From IMG/VR virus record IMGVR_UViG_3300027571_000066, positions 1-26,145 of that record: 26,145 nucleotides of DNA; one strand, written 5' to 3'. The stretch's first letter is position 1; each line of letters starts with the position of its first letter. A program made the translations under genes and the position numbers. Source of the DNA: a virus (Duplodnaviria; Caudoviricetes). The notes under the pieces are model-generated. The model ran no database searches, was not told the DNA's origin, and saw nothing but the letters and a program-made list of their open reading frames with translations. Shown here in pieces: positions 16,530 through 25,332 of the stretch.

Positions 16530-18210
16530 CGAACTCTGAGTCGAGAGGGCATTTGAAGTTGTAGTGTTGTTCTGTCTTTTTAATTGCTTCTTTAGTGATC
16601 GCACCTATGTCATCCTCCAAGCCTTCCTTAACTATGATTTGTACTTCATCATGCACAAACGCCACTATCGAAACTTCTTCGTTAGTGTAGCCTTTAGCAC
16701 GTATCATCTTCTCGATGGTTGCGTACCAATGCTTGCAGACAATAGCTCCTGCTGATTGAAGTAATGTATTGAGAGCTGCATGGGGGTGACGTATAGGTAT
16801 AATCCTACCATCAAGACCATTAATAGACTTCTCACCTTGTTGTGTTTCTAGTCGTAACTTAATTGCATCGGTTAACTTCTTGAGAGCTGGGGTCTTGGCA
16901 AGGAAGCGTTTCTTAATTTGACCGCCTTCTTTTTTACCCTTACCTATGATCTCTCCAATCTTCTCATTCCCTGCTCCGTACAAGAAACCATAGATGAATG
17001 TCTTAGCTTGTGGGCGTGTAGCTAACCCTGCCGCATTCTGATTTGCTGTATGGATATCACCTTCTAAAATTTCTTTGCCATATTTACCACCGTCATACCG
17101 TGACATATAATGAGCAAGACAACGTAACTCTAAACCACTTGCATCAGCCCCAAGTAAGGTGAAACCTTTCGGTGCGTGAAATAGTGAGCGACATTCCTTC
17201 CCAAAGGCGGCAGATCCTGATGGCACTTGAGCGACATTTGGATCACTATGTGTACACCTAGAAGTAACAGCACCCATGTGATTAACTCGACCATGTATCC
17301 GTCCCTTCTTTTCGAGCTTGAGCCATGCTTGTTTACCATTGCCTAATTGTCCTAATCTTTTGTTTAGCATTAAGAACTCTGTTAGCATCTTAGCTTCGGG
17401 CATATCAATTCCCGCCAAGATTTTTTCGTCAACTTTTGGCTCTCCTGATGGAGTAAACTCTTGTGGTGTCCAACCCTTCTTCATTAGCCTATCGGCAATC
17501 TGCTGTCTCGATGCAGGGTTGAACGGTATTGTTTTTGTTTTGGTCTTTAGCTCAATGATCGTTGGCTCTAAGGTGTTAACCAGTTCAGTTTCAATCTCTT
17601 GCTTTCTAGCAGAGAGTTGGGTGTACAGTTTCTGTGCCGCTTCCACATCAAAGGGAAAGCCTGTCTGTTCTTGTTGGAACAACATCTTCGCCATCTCATG
17701 CTCAAGCTGCATTGGTTCATGTGGGTAACGCTTACGTTGTATCATCTCGTATAGCTTTACGTTAAGACCAACATCCTGTTTACAATACTCTAACATTTCG
17801 GGGGTGAACTCTTCCCAAGCATCTTCTTGCTCACCGTAGCTACCCTTATGGTAGTTAAGCCTTTCACCCCATGCCTTGAGTGAGTGTGAACCAATTAGTC
17901 TGTTAGCTACTGTTCGCTTAAGTAGGTCTTTTTCTTTTAGGTTTGACCATATAAGTCTAGAAGCTACTAAGGTATCAAACACCTCACCTTCGTATTTAAA
18001 GCCATACAGTTTCTCTAGTACGGGCAGATCAAAACCAATTACGTTATGACCACCAATCTCAGGTGCTTGTGCTAGTACAGTGAGACCTTCTTGCAAAGAC
18101 TCACCGTGATAACTATACACCTTACCTGTCTTAGTATCTTGTATAACTAGGCAGTGTATCTTTGTTACATCCTGTAGTAATCCATCTGTTTCAATATCAA
18201 ATATCAGCAT
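16498..18210 (-). CDS. DNA polymerase family A (T7 gp5-like) with 3'-5' exonuclease
   Basis: 570 aa. ExoI 'FDIETDG', ExoII 'HNVIGFD', ExoIII 'YCKQDV', motif A 'DASGLELR', motif B 'RPQAKTFIYGFLYG', motif C 'VHDE'. Confidence 0.97.
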   Translation of the reverse strand: MLIFDIETDGLLQDVTKIHCLVIQDTKTGKVYSYHGESLQEGLTVLAQAPEIGGHNVIGFDLPVLEKLYGFKYEGEVFDTLVASRLIWSNLKEKDLLKRTVANRLIGSHSLKAWGERLNYHKGSYGEQEDAWEEFTPEMLEYCKQDVGLNVKLYEMIQRKRYPHEPMQLEHEMAKMLFQQEQTGFPFDVEAAQKLYTQLSARKQEIETELVNTLEPTIIELKTKTKTIPFNPASRQQIADRLMKKGWTPQEFTPSGEPKVDEKILAGIDMPEAKMLTEFLMLNKRLGQLGNGKQAWLKLEKKGRIHGRVNHMGAVTSRCTHSDPNVAQVPSGSAAFGKECRSLFHAPKGFTLLGADASGLELRCLAHYMSRYDGGKYGKEILEGDIHTANQNAAGLATRPQAKTFIYGFLYGAGNEKIGEIIGKGKKEGGQIKKRFLAKTPALKKLTDAIKLRLETQQGEKSINGLDGRIIPIRHPHAALNTLLQSAGAIVCKHWYATIEKMIRAKGYTNEEVSIVAFVHDEVQIIVKEGLEDDIGAITKEAIKKTEQHYNFKCPLDSEFDVGRSWAETH

Positions 18211-18231
18211 ACAATCCTCTCGCTGGAGTGA

Positions 18232-19800
18232 TTAAAAAGGTACATCAAATTCCTCTGACATACGACCTGTTGTGGTGGAATAGTGAAGCTGTCCTGCTAC
18301 ACCTGTATCACCTGACCATCTGTTCTTTAAGATACGGACGGTTGTTACATTAGAAGTCTCAGCATCCTGTTGATTACGTTCTAATCCTATTACGATGTCA
18401 CTTAGTTGTGCGATAGCCGCACTACCTCGTAACTGGGACAATGAAGTTAACTGCCCTTCTTCATGTCCTTTGTCACCACTAGGTCTACGTAAATGAGACA
18501 CGACAATCAATCCGATATTTAATTCTTCAGTTAGTGACCGCAAATTGGTCATCATGTTGTCTATGATCCGTCTCTCATCTCCACCTTCGATGCCTGACAC
18601 AACAATACTAATGTGATCCAGTATAATGTACTGACAACCACACCCTCTTGCTAGGTATCTAATCTTACCCAATAGGTTCTCGCTCTCAGTCGATCCCCAA
18701 TGGTCATACATAAACACACGCCCTGTTCCTAGAGTTGCATCAAAGGCTTCTCTAAGCTCCTCTGTCTCAACTTCTTCAAGATGTACGGGTTTGCCTAAGT
18801 GTAAGGACATCAGTCCCTGTGCTGTACGCTTGCTAGATTCTTCGAGTGCTACATAACCTATCGTAGCTCCTTCATTGAGAAGGTGGTAAGCAAACTCTCT
18901 TGTGAGTTGTGACTTACCTAAACCTGAACCAGCCGTAACAGTTACGATTTCACCTAATCGACAACCGCCTATCTTGTTGTTGAGCCCATCATAAGGATAG
19001 GGTACTGTGTGTACTTCTTTCTCTGTTGATACTACTTCCCATAAGTCTTCACCATTGATGATACCGTCAGGGGCAAACTCTTTTGCTCCCCAGAACGCAT
19101 CAATAAGTTCTGCCTGTCTTCCTGCCTGTAGCATCTCACTCGCATCCTTGAGTGGTAGCTTGGCAATCTTAGCCTTGCGTGGTGATAGTAGTGCCGCACA
19201 CTCTAGTGCTGCTTTCTTACCTACATCATCTTGGTCAAACATAAAGACAACCTGTTCGAACTTCTCTAACCATTCGATAGATTTTTTAATGTCTTTAACT
19301 GCTCCTGCCGCACCTGTCTTAATAGAGACAACTGCCCACTTGTTATCAAAAGCCTGAGACATGGATAGTGCATCTAACTCACCCTCTACAACGACACAGC
19401 TTTTACCACCGTCTCGCCAAAGGTTCTGTCCAAACAATACAGCTTTCTTTAAATCACCTACGACAGCAAAAGTTTTATCAGGGTAGCGGAGCTTCTGTGC
19501 TACTGTGTTGCCGTCAGCATCTTTGAAGTTTGCTACGTGCATTCCGTCTGCCACTTGATAATCCCAAAACCTTGTAGTCTTCTCTGTTAAGTTTCTTTTA
19601 ATCAGAGGTTGATAAGACCCTGTTTTGAATATTGTATCTTTCACTGCGTTCTCTACCAATCTGACCTCCTCTTGGGATTGCCCATAAGTTTTACAATTAA
19701 AGCAGTAGGTGTGACCATCAGAGTACAAGCTGTTTGCATCTGATGAACCACACTTACTACATGGAGTGTGCATAATAAAATCACTCTCCTGCTTTTCCAT
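18232..19800 (-). CDS. DNA primase/helicase (T7 gp4-like)
   Basis: 522 aa. Zn finger CSKC...CFNC, TOPRIM 'EGELD' and 'FDQD', Walker A 'AGSGLGKS', 'ILDH', 'LRGSAAIAQLSD' and 'KNR'. Confidence 0.97.
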   Translation of the reverse strand: MEKQESDFIMHTPCSKCGSSDANSLYSDGHTYCFNCKTYGQSQEEVRLVENAVKDTIFKTGSYQPLIKRNLTEKTTRFWDYQVADGMHVANFKDADGNTVAQKLRYPDKTFAVVGDLKKAVLFGQNLWRDGGKSCVVVEGELDALSMSQAFDNKWAVVSIKTGAAGAVKDIKKSIEWLEKFEQVVFMFDQDDVGKKAALECAALLSPRKAKIAKLPLKDASEMLQAGRQAELIDAFWGAKEFAPDGIINGEDLWEVVSTEKEVHTVPYPYDGLNNKIGGCRLGEIVTVTAGSGLGKSQLTREFAYHLLNEGATIGYVALEESSKRTAQGLMSLHLGKPVHLEEVETEELREAFDATLGTGRVFMYDHWGSTESENLLGKIRYLARGCGCQYIILDHISIVVSGIEGGDERRIIDNMMTNLRSLTEELNIGLIVVSHLRRPSGDKGHEEGQLTSLSQLRGSAAIAQLSDIVIGLERNQQDAETSNVTTVRILKNRWSGDTGVAGQLHYSTTTGRMSEEFDVPF

Positions 19801-19945
19801 TTAAGTCCTCGATGATTTTCTTTTGCTGTTCTGGGGTGTATGAAATCCAGTGCTTGATTTGCTCCAAACTTCTCCCACACCCCTCACAGCGTTTATCTTT
19901 AAGTTTACATTTACGGACACAAGGAGACTCAACTGAACCACTCAT
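19781..19945 (-). CDS. Small Cys-rich protein, DUF1289-like
   Basis: Not in the ORF track (54 aa): MSGSVESPCVRKCKLKDKRCEGCGRSLEQIKHWISYTPEQQKKIIEDLNGKAGE. Shows the SPCxxxC...CxGCxR...I..W signature and fills the endonuclease-primase gap. Confidence 0.8.
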   Translation of the reverse strand: MSGSVESPCVRKCKLKDKRCEGCGRSLEQIKHWISYTPEQQKKIIEDLNGKAGE

Positions 19946-20300
19946 CAGGGATCATCCCCTCTGCGTAAATGAAGTTATGTTTTTCTGCCCACTCTGCACA
20001 AGTCATCTTAGTCCCGTCTTTGCGTTTCTTTGCGCCTTGTACTGGGCTGTTGTTTCTTTGAAATAAGAACCGTATATCTAAGTCAGGGTGTTGTTCCTTT
20101 ATGTTACGCATCTTACGTTGCGCTTCTGATCGGAAGTAACCCTTAACCTCAACATAAATATCTCCAATCTTTAGATCGGGTATATAATTTCTCTTTACCG
20201 TGAAGGGTAGCTTACAAGGTTCATACTCATAAGCTATCCCACGGTAGTCAAGGTCTGCTTGCACACGTTCCTCTAGGGTCGATCTAGAAGTCAGCGGCAT
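19929..20300 (-). CDS. Endonuclease I / Holliday junction resolvase (T7 gp3-like)
   Basis: Likely start at MPLTSR (20300); 123 aa. Motifs 'RSTLEE', 'YEYE', 'YIPD', 'EVKG', 'HPDLDIRFLF' and 'WAEKHNF'. Confidence 0.92.
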   Translation of the reverse strand: MPLTSRSTLEERVQADLDYRGIAYEYEPCKLPFTVKRNYIPDLKIGDIYVEVKGYFRSEAQRKMRNIKEQHPDLDIRFLFQRNNSPVQGAKKRKDGTKMTCAEWAEKHNFIYAEGMIPDEWFS

Positions 20301-20901
20301 CAGCAAAGACCTCGGTTGTTGATGAAGTTTCGGCATTAGCGGAGGGGGCTACGAAGCCATCTTCTTCATCGAACACACTTGAAGCTGAGTTACCATACTC
20401 AACCAAATCTATTACCTGTACTGCCTTTAGTCGTAGAGACACGCCTACCTTCTTGGTTGACTGCATCACGTAAGGGATAGGTTCAAACGCTACCTTTACC
20501 TTTGAGCCATTACCAATCAGCGTGTCACCTGTGAGTGGTGTCTTCTTCGCATCAAGCACAACAGGCTCTTGCTCATACCAACTGCCATCTCTCTTTTGGA
20601 CTTTAGCTTTTAGTTTGAATTTAAACTCTACGTTACCTGTAGGGTCTCCTGTGTCTCTGTCGTATACTACGGACATGACATCTTGTGTGGTCAGAGAGTT
20701 CTTAAGAGGTGGTTTCTCTTTAACTGCTTTCTTAAATGTCTCTTGAATTAGTTCCTCTAATTTCTCACACATTGGAGCGGCATCTGCTTCTGTCATTTGA
20801 AGATTGATACTGTAATCACCGTTTGGATTAAACTTTGTATCAGGCTCAAATACTTTCGCCCATGCTGCTTTTCCTTCTAATACTAAAATGTTCTTCGCCA
20901 T
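20284..20901 (-). CDS. Single-stranded DNA-binding protein (T7 gp2.5-like)
   Basis: 205 aa. Motifs 'PDTKFNPNGDY', 'IGNGS', 'GVSLRLKAVQVIDLVE' and an acidic tail ending in Phe. Confidence 0.92.
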   Translation of the reverse strand: MAKNILVLEGKAAWAKVFEPDTKFNPNGDYSINLQMTEADAAPMCEKLEELIQETFKKAVKEKPPLKNSLTTQDVMSVVYDRDTGDPTGNVEFKFKLKAKVQKRDGSWYEQEPVVLDAKKTPLTGDTLIGNGSKVKVAFEPIPYVMQSTKKVGVSLRLKAVQVIDLVEYGNSASSVFDEEDGFVAPSANAETSSTTEVFADAADF

Positions 20902-20942
20902 ATATTTATTATCCTATTAAGTTAAAGTTTATTCGGGGATTG

Positions 20943-20961
20943 CTATAGGGGGTGGTTAGAG
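20943..20961 (-). promoter_or_regulatory. Phage RNA polymerase promoter for the replication module (CTCTAACCACCCCCTATAG)
   Basis: Identical to 12718-12736; begins 2 nt after the RNAP stop codon and lies upstream of SSB. Confidence 0.85.
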
Positions 20962-20963
20962 AA

Positions 20964-22622
20964 TTAAGCAAAAAAGTAATCACTCTGTAGCACCTCCTCA
21001 ATGTTTAAAGTTCCCCGTGGTGGAGGTTCAGGTATTTCTGTACCCTCCGTTAACGTACTTACTGCGCTATCGTAGAGATTTTGCAGTACATCGTTATCTC
21101 TATACATCTCAACAAACGCTTCTCTTAACTTATCGTTAAGTTTCACCATGTTGGGACTGTGTGTGCCATAGCTGTCGTGTACCATAGCAAAGTCTGTTAT
21201 GCCTTCCTTCAAACACTTATCGACTGTGAACGTCAAAGCCGCAGCATCTAGGCTATGTGTGAAGTTAGGACTAGCACCGCTAACACTCTTGCGTGAGTCT
21301 ACTGTCTTCTCTAGTGGCTGTCTGTAGTTCAGCTTAACTGTAGAACCGCTTAAGTGTGTCCAGATGCGTAGCTTCTTGGTGTTACTGTACGACTGTCTCA
21401 CTAATAACCCTGTTGGTGTCTCCCACTCAAAGGGTCTGCCCTGCTTACTGTACAACTTTGCAATGCTCTTGATGTAGTCCATTACTTTATGAGCCGAGAC
21501 AATAACCTCATTGATGGCTTTCCAGACAAACTTAGCCAAGTATGTGGCTGGTTGCCAGAAGTCATCACCCCAAGGGTTGTTGCCCTTACATTTTTCTTCC
21601 AGTGCTTCCAGTATGTAGTCTCTACAACTGTGTTGTGTCCCTGAGTAGGGTACAATCATCACAGGTCTCTTACATATCTTTCTACACACACCAATGTTTA
21701 GTAGCTCAGTGGCTAGTGTTGTACCTTCTTGCTGTAACAGTTCCGTTGTTCTCTTTGCTACATCCGTGTAAATGTCTTGAGGTGTAGCGTGTGGTGTTAG
21801 GTTTACTGCCTTACCACCCTCAAGGTCTCTGAGCATTGCTGAGAGGTGTTGTAAGCCATTGCACGAGCCATCACTAGCACAGGGTAGGTGCGTTTCGAAA
21901 TGCTCCCCAAACTGTCTAGCGTTGCTGTACAATGCCCACTCGTAACACCATGCAAGTGCTTGCCAAGGTTTATCTGCTTCCTGCCACCATCTGTTAGACA
22001 AAGGATCGTTATAAACATCGACAGCGTTATCTACGTTCATGTACGCCCACATCTCTCGATCTTCTAAACTTACCTTATCTACTCCAAATACATTAGCACC
22101 ATGTATAGCCAACCACTTAGCTTCCTCATCGTTTGTGATATTAGCTGGGTTAGCAAACTCTAGTAGTGCTTTACTGTAGTCTGCATTTTGTGGTGAAAGG
22201 AAAGACTCTACAGGATACTTACGACCCCTGAAGTCTAACTGCCATACATACCACATATTCTCTATGTCTTTATACTGTTCGGCAAGTTGAATAGTACGCT
22301 CTACCTGAATCCGTTTGGACATAGACTTATTGTTGTAGCTGTGTATCTTGTTACGCTCTGACTTAAATGCCTTAAAGACTGCTGTCTCCTCATCGTTAAG
22401 GTATTTAGGTTCTTTACTAAAAGGATACTTAGGCAATGCTAAGTTATCTCTTGGTGGTAAACCTTCCCATGACTGACCACTGTCCCAACACTGACGTAGG
22501 GTATCGACAACAAACTCATTGATACGCCAAGGTGTTCTCTGTAGTGCGTTAACACACTGGTACTCTAGAGACAGGTCACGGTCTTTCAGAGCATTGATGT
22601 AATCTTGTGCTGTCTGTCTCAT
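20964..22622 (-). CDS. T7-type RNA polymerase, C-terminal catalytic fragment
   Basis: 552 aa with 'DFRGR', motif A 'DGSCNGLQH', motif B 'RKICKRPVMIVPY', 'PNFTHSLDA', motif C 'VHDSYG' and C-terminal 'YFFA'. GAGG SD upstream of the ATG. Confidence 0.93.
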   Translation of the reverse strand: MRQTAQDYINALKDRDLSLEYQCVNALQRTPWRINEFVVDTLRQCWDSGQSWEGLPPRDNLALPKYPFSKEPKYLNDEETAVFKAFKSERNKIHSYNNKSMSKRIQVERTIQLAEQYKDIENMWYVWQLDFRGRKYPVESFLSPQNADYSKALLEFANPANITNDEEAKWLAIHGANVFGVDKVSLEDREMWAYMNVDNAVDVYNDPLSNRWWQEADKPWQALAWCYEWALYSNARQFGEHFETHLPCASDGSCNGLQHLSAMLRDLEGGKAVNLTPHATPQDIYTDVAKRTTELLQQEGTTLATELLNIGVCRKICKRPVMIVPYSGTQHSCRDYILEALEEKCKGNNPWGDDFWQPATYLAKFVWKAINEVIVSAHKVMDYIKSIAKLYSKQGRPFEWETPTGLLVRQSYSNTKKLRIWTHLSGSTVKLNYRQPLEKTVDSRKSVSGASPNFTHSLDAAALTFTVDKCLKEGITDFAMVHDSYGTHSPNMVKLNDKLREAFVEMYRDNDVLQNLYDSAVSTLTEGTEIPEPPPRGTLNIEEVLQSDYFFA

Positions 22623-23401
22623 GCGTGTACCCTCACAAATGGCAAGTTGTTTATGTGTTCAGAGTAGTAACCACCACCCCAGAATGAATCCCAATCCTTT
22701 GGCTCGATAATACAAGGGCAATACCTTGGTAGTGCTACCTCGTTAGTCTCGTTAAACGCTTTGATCCACTCCTCTGTCTCTTGCGTTGGTACTACATGAT
22801 AAATGGTTTTCCTTTTCTGTATCTTCTTCTCCAGTTTAACAATACCTGTAGCAGTAATGATTAGATCAACCAGTTTAATACCCACGTTAATACGTTCCTG
22901 ACTTGTCCATGTAGGTAGGTCAACACCGTCACTATTAATCTTGTGGTCGAGACCGTAACGCTTGTGTAAGAAACCTTTATCTGATTTCTTGTTAGCTTCC
23001 TTGATCATGTTGGTAGCTACTTCCTTGTCTATCTGTAACCAGACATCTAATCTTTTCTGCGTTTCAATTTGTATACCAATGGTTCGACAAACTTTTAATA
23101 GCGTACCATTGTTTGCTAGGCTGTCGATCAAACATACTAAAGCTAGATAAGCTACCTTACCCGCATCCATACCCTTGAGTAAACTTTTGGATGTACTTCG
23201 GTTGTATCGTTTATCTACCTTACAGTGTTCTTCTATAGCCTCTTGTACAGGGTCAAGGATACCTTTGATAATGGTTCTACCATGCTTAGTCTTTGACCCT
23301 AATTCCTTTCCCAATAAATCCTGTAACTGCTTGTGGTAACGATCAATCCCTGACTGCACCATCTGATACTCTAGGTCTATCTGTTCTTCCAATGTTGCCA
23401 T
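22619..23401 (-). CDS. T7-type RNA polymerase, N-terminal domain fragment
   Basis: Likely start at MATLEE (23401, AAGGAGG SD); 260 aa. C-terminus 'PRYCPCIIEPKDWDSFWGGGYY...LPFVRVHA' aligns by eye with T7 RNAP 'PMFQPCVVPPKPWTGITGGGYW...LALVRTHS' (residues ~266-301). Confidence 0.9.
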   Translation of the reverse strand: MATLEEQIDLEYQMVQSGIDRYHKQLQDLLGKELGSKTKHGRTIIKGILDPVQEAIEEHCKVDKRYNRSTSKSLLKGMDAGKVAYLALVCLIDSLANNGTLLKVCRTIGIQIETQKRLDVWLQIDKEVATNMIKEANKKSDKGFLHKRYGLDHKINSDGVDLPTWTSQERINVGIKLVDLIITATGIVKLEKKIQKRKTIYHVVPTQETEEWIKAFNETNEVALPRYCPCIIEPKDWDSFWGGGYYSEHINNLPFVRVHA

Positions 23402-23548
23402 AATGCCTCCTTTTGGGACACGTATTAGTTTTACTGTGGCTTTACTCATAACTACCTACGTTAGCGGAGCAAAGGATTATGTGGAATGTGTTACTCATTA
23501 TCATCTTTTGTTAATCTTGTTACGGTGGCGTGATAAGGTTTCATGGGC

Positions 23549-23586
<38 letters not shown>

Positions 23587-23630
23587 ATCTAGGTTTTGAG
23601 CCATTCTTGAAATCTTTAACACGCCACTTC

Positions 23631-23660
23631 GGACACTTTAGGACACTTAAGGACACAAGC
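23631..23660. repeat. Three tandem 10-bp units (GGACACTTTA, GGACACTTAA, GGACACAAGC); putative integrase arm sites
   Basis: Directly visible between integrase stop and att core. A fourth GGACAC is at 23416-23421 on the other side of the core. Confidence 0.75.
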
Positions 23661-24673
23661 TAATCTTCAAGTAAATTAGACCCACCAACCATAGTTGACG
23701 TATCCCATTTAGCATACTTGAGAGTGGTTGCAATATTTTTATGACCCATGTAACGCATGATGTTAGCAGTGTCCCAACCCTTCTCTGTTAGCCTTGTTGC
23801 TGTCGTATGTCTCCAAGTGTGCCAACACTTTTTAGTAAGACCTAAACCATCTCTCACCCTGTCCCAAGCTAGTCTGTGCTTGTACAATGGATCGTTAAAA
23901 GTCTTACGTTTGCGTAGTACCTCCTCTACTCTTTTAGTTATAGGCATCAGTAGTGGTTCACCGTTCTTTCTGTCTGGTATGTAAGCACCATACATCTGAG
24001 AACCATCAGCTCTAGTTTGCTGTAGCTTGATAAGATTATCCCCATCAATCTTCAACACCTCAGAAGCCCTCATGCCTGTGTCTACTGCCACGATAGCATA
24101 GTCACGTAGGTAATCTTCACCTAACCTCTCAAACTCGCTTAGAATGGCATTCTCTTCGTCCTTAGAGAAGTATTCAATACGTTCCCTACCTTTCTCACTC
24201 TGCCGTTTAAACTTCGGTACAGAAGTAAGTGCGCCTTCGTCTACCGCATTATCTAAACACTTTTTAAGACAAGATATGTGTCTGTTAACAGTAGATGGAG
24301 CATATCCTTGGTTCTCACGCATCCATCTGATCCAGTCAAACACTGTAGTAGTGCTGATACGATTGATGGGTGACTTCTCGCCCCAGTATTTACAGACAAT
24401 ACTCTGAATAAACATAACCTGTCGCTCATTCTTTGTATTAGCCCAGTAGTTCTCATGGCAACGATCAAACGCATAGCGTAACGTCCACCCTGATGCCTTA
24501 CCAGTCTCTCTGTTAACTTCCATAGCTGTGGGCATATTCCCTTGGGCTATCTCCCTTTGCCACATTGCCTCCAGTACAGTAGCATCTTCCTTAGTGGAGA
24601 GAGTTCGCCTGAACTTCTTCCCTTTGTATGTAACATAGGCTTCCCACCCGTTACCTCTTTGATTAACACTCAT
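23660..24673 (-). CDS. int: Tyrosine recombinase (phage integrase)
   Basis: 337 aa. Catalytic R in 'DTGMRASE', K in 'DRKNG', 'HTWRH', 'MGH...TLKY'; N-terminal arm-binding-like beta region. Confidence 0.93.
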   Translation of the reverse strand: MSVNQRGNGWEAYVTYKGKKFRRTLSTKEDATVLEAMWQREIAQGNMPTAMEVNRETGKASGWTLRYAFDRCHENYWANTKNERQVMFIQSIVCKYWGEKSPINRISTTTVFDWIRWMRENQGYAPSTVNRHISCLKKCLDNAVDEGALTSVPKFKRQSEKGRERIEYFSKDEENAILSEFERLGEDYLRDYAIVAVDTGMRASEVLKIDGDNLIKLQQTRADGSQMYGAYIPDRKNGEPLLMPITKRVEEVLRKRKTFNDPLYKHRLAWDRVRDGLGLTKKCWHTWRHTTATRLTEKGWDTANIMRYMGHKNIATTLKYAKWDTSTMVGGSNLLED

Positions 24674-24981
24674 AGTCTTATCCTCCTCGCTAAGGCTCTG
24701 CCTCGCTTTGTTACCTCGATATACTTCTCAATACGTCTATCGGGATTCTCGTATAGTTTAACTAAATCGTGATCTACTAATACTCGTAAGTTTCTACTAG
24801 CACTAGCACTGGATGTATCCATGAACTCACCAACATCCATAACTCTCAGCGTCTCTGCGTTAACGAAAGTACGTTGAGCGATAATTAAAAAGGCATACAC
24901 AGTTTGAATGTGCATCCATGCGTCAATCTTCCTGAACTCTGTTAGTATTCTTATGTGTTCTTTTAAGTCTCGACCAGACAA
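24670..24981 (-). CDS. MarR-like winged-helix transcriptional regulator
   Basis: 103 aa, TTG start with AGGAGG SD. 'SSASASRNLRVL...DRRIEKYIEVTKRG' is a wHTH pattern; ATGA overlap with int. Confidence 0.8.
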   Translation of the reverse strand: MSGRDLKEHIRILTEFRKIDAWMHIQTVYAFLIIAQRTFVNAETLRVMDVGEFMDTSSASASRNLRVLVDHDLVKLYENPDRRIEKYIEVTKRGRALARRIRL

Positions 24982-25102
24982 TACACCCTCCTAACCAACT
25001 GACAATAAAGTCAGCCTTTGTTCTACATATCCTTGGCAGTTTGTACCGTCCCCACAGGCACTTACCCAAGGATATTTCATTACTACCAACTTTTAATAGC
25101 AT
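24923..25102 (-). CDS. Hypothetical protein
   Basis: Not in the ORF track (59 aa): MLLKVGSNEISLGKCLWGRYKLPRICRTKADFIVSWLGGCIVWSRLKRTHKNTNRVQED. Strong AAGGAG SD; overlaps the start of the regulator gene. Confidence 0.55.
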   Translation of the reverse strand: MLLKVGSNEISLGKCLWGRYKLPRICRTKADFIVSWLGGCIVWSRLKRTHKNTNRVQED

Positions 25103-25173
25103 TATAACTCCTTTGTCAAGTTTCTACGGTAGCGTATATAAGCACTAAAGGTGGATAAGCAAGAACAATCGAT

Positions 25174-25332
25174 TCACTTTGAATCACTTTTTTTACTTGA
25201 CTTGAATCCTGAATCCACTTTTTCTGTGGGTAACTTTTTCTTCCCAAAGATAGCATCCCAGTTAGACTCATACTTTTCTTTATCTACTTTTCGGGGGCGT
25301 GAGCCTTTACCCCCATGCGTTGCTTCACTCAT
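25174..25332 (-). CDS. Small basic hypothetical protein
   Basis: Not in the ORF track (52 aa): MSEATHGGKGSRPRKVDKEKYESNWDAIFGKKK...; ATGA overlap with the upstream ORF. The 'GKGS.PR...Y..NWD.IF' pattern is one I recall from small marine phage proteins. Confidence 0.75.
   Translation of the reverse strand: MSEATHGGKGSRPRKVDKEKYESNWDAIFGKKKLPTEKVDSGFKSSKKSDSK

Noticed and set aside
23402-23449. Longer upstream starts given by the ORF track (also 8825, 5439, 15169, 16604, 20336)
   Set aside because: The extensions run through att sites, terminators or neighbouring genes. The downstream ATGs have better SD sequences, coupling overlaps or shorter overlaps.
23631-23660. Tandem repeats as a mini-CRISPR array
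   Set aside because: The units are 10 bp with no spacers and no cas genes; the location fits integrase arm sites.
25101-25119. Perfect TTGACA and TATAAT hexamers on the minus strand as a sigma70 promoter
   Set aside because: They are only 7 nt apart (TTGACA-AAGGAGT-TATAAT). Neither has a good partner at 16-18 nt spacing, and the spacer is explained as an SD.
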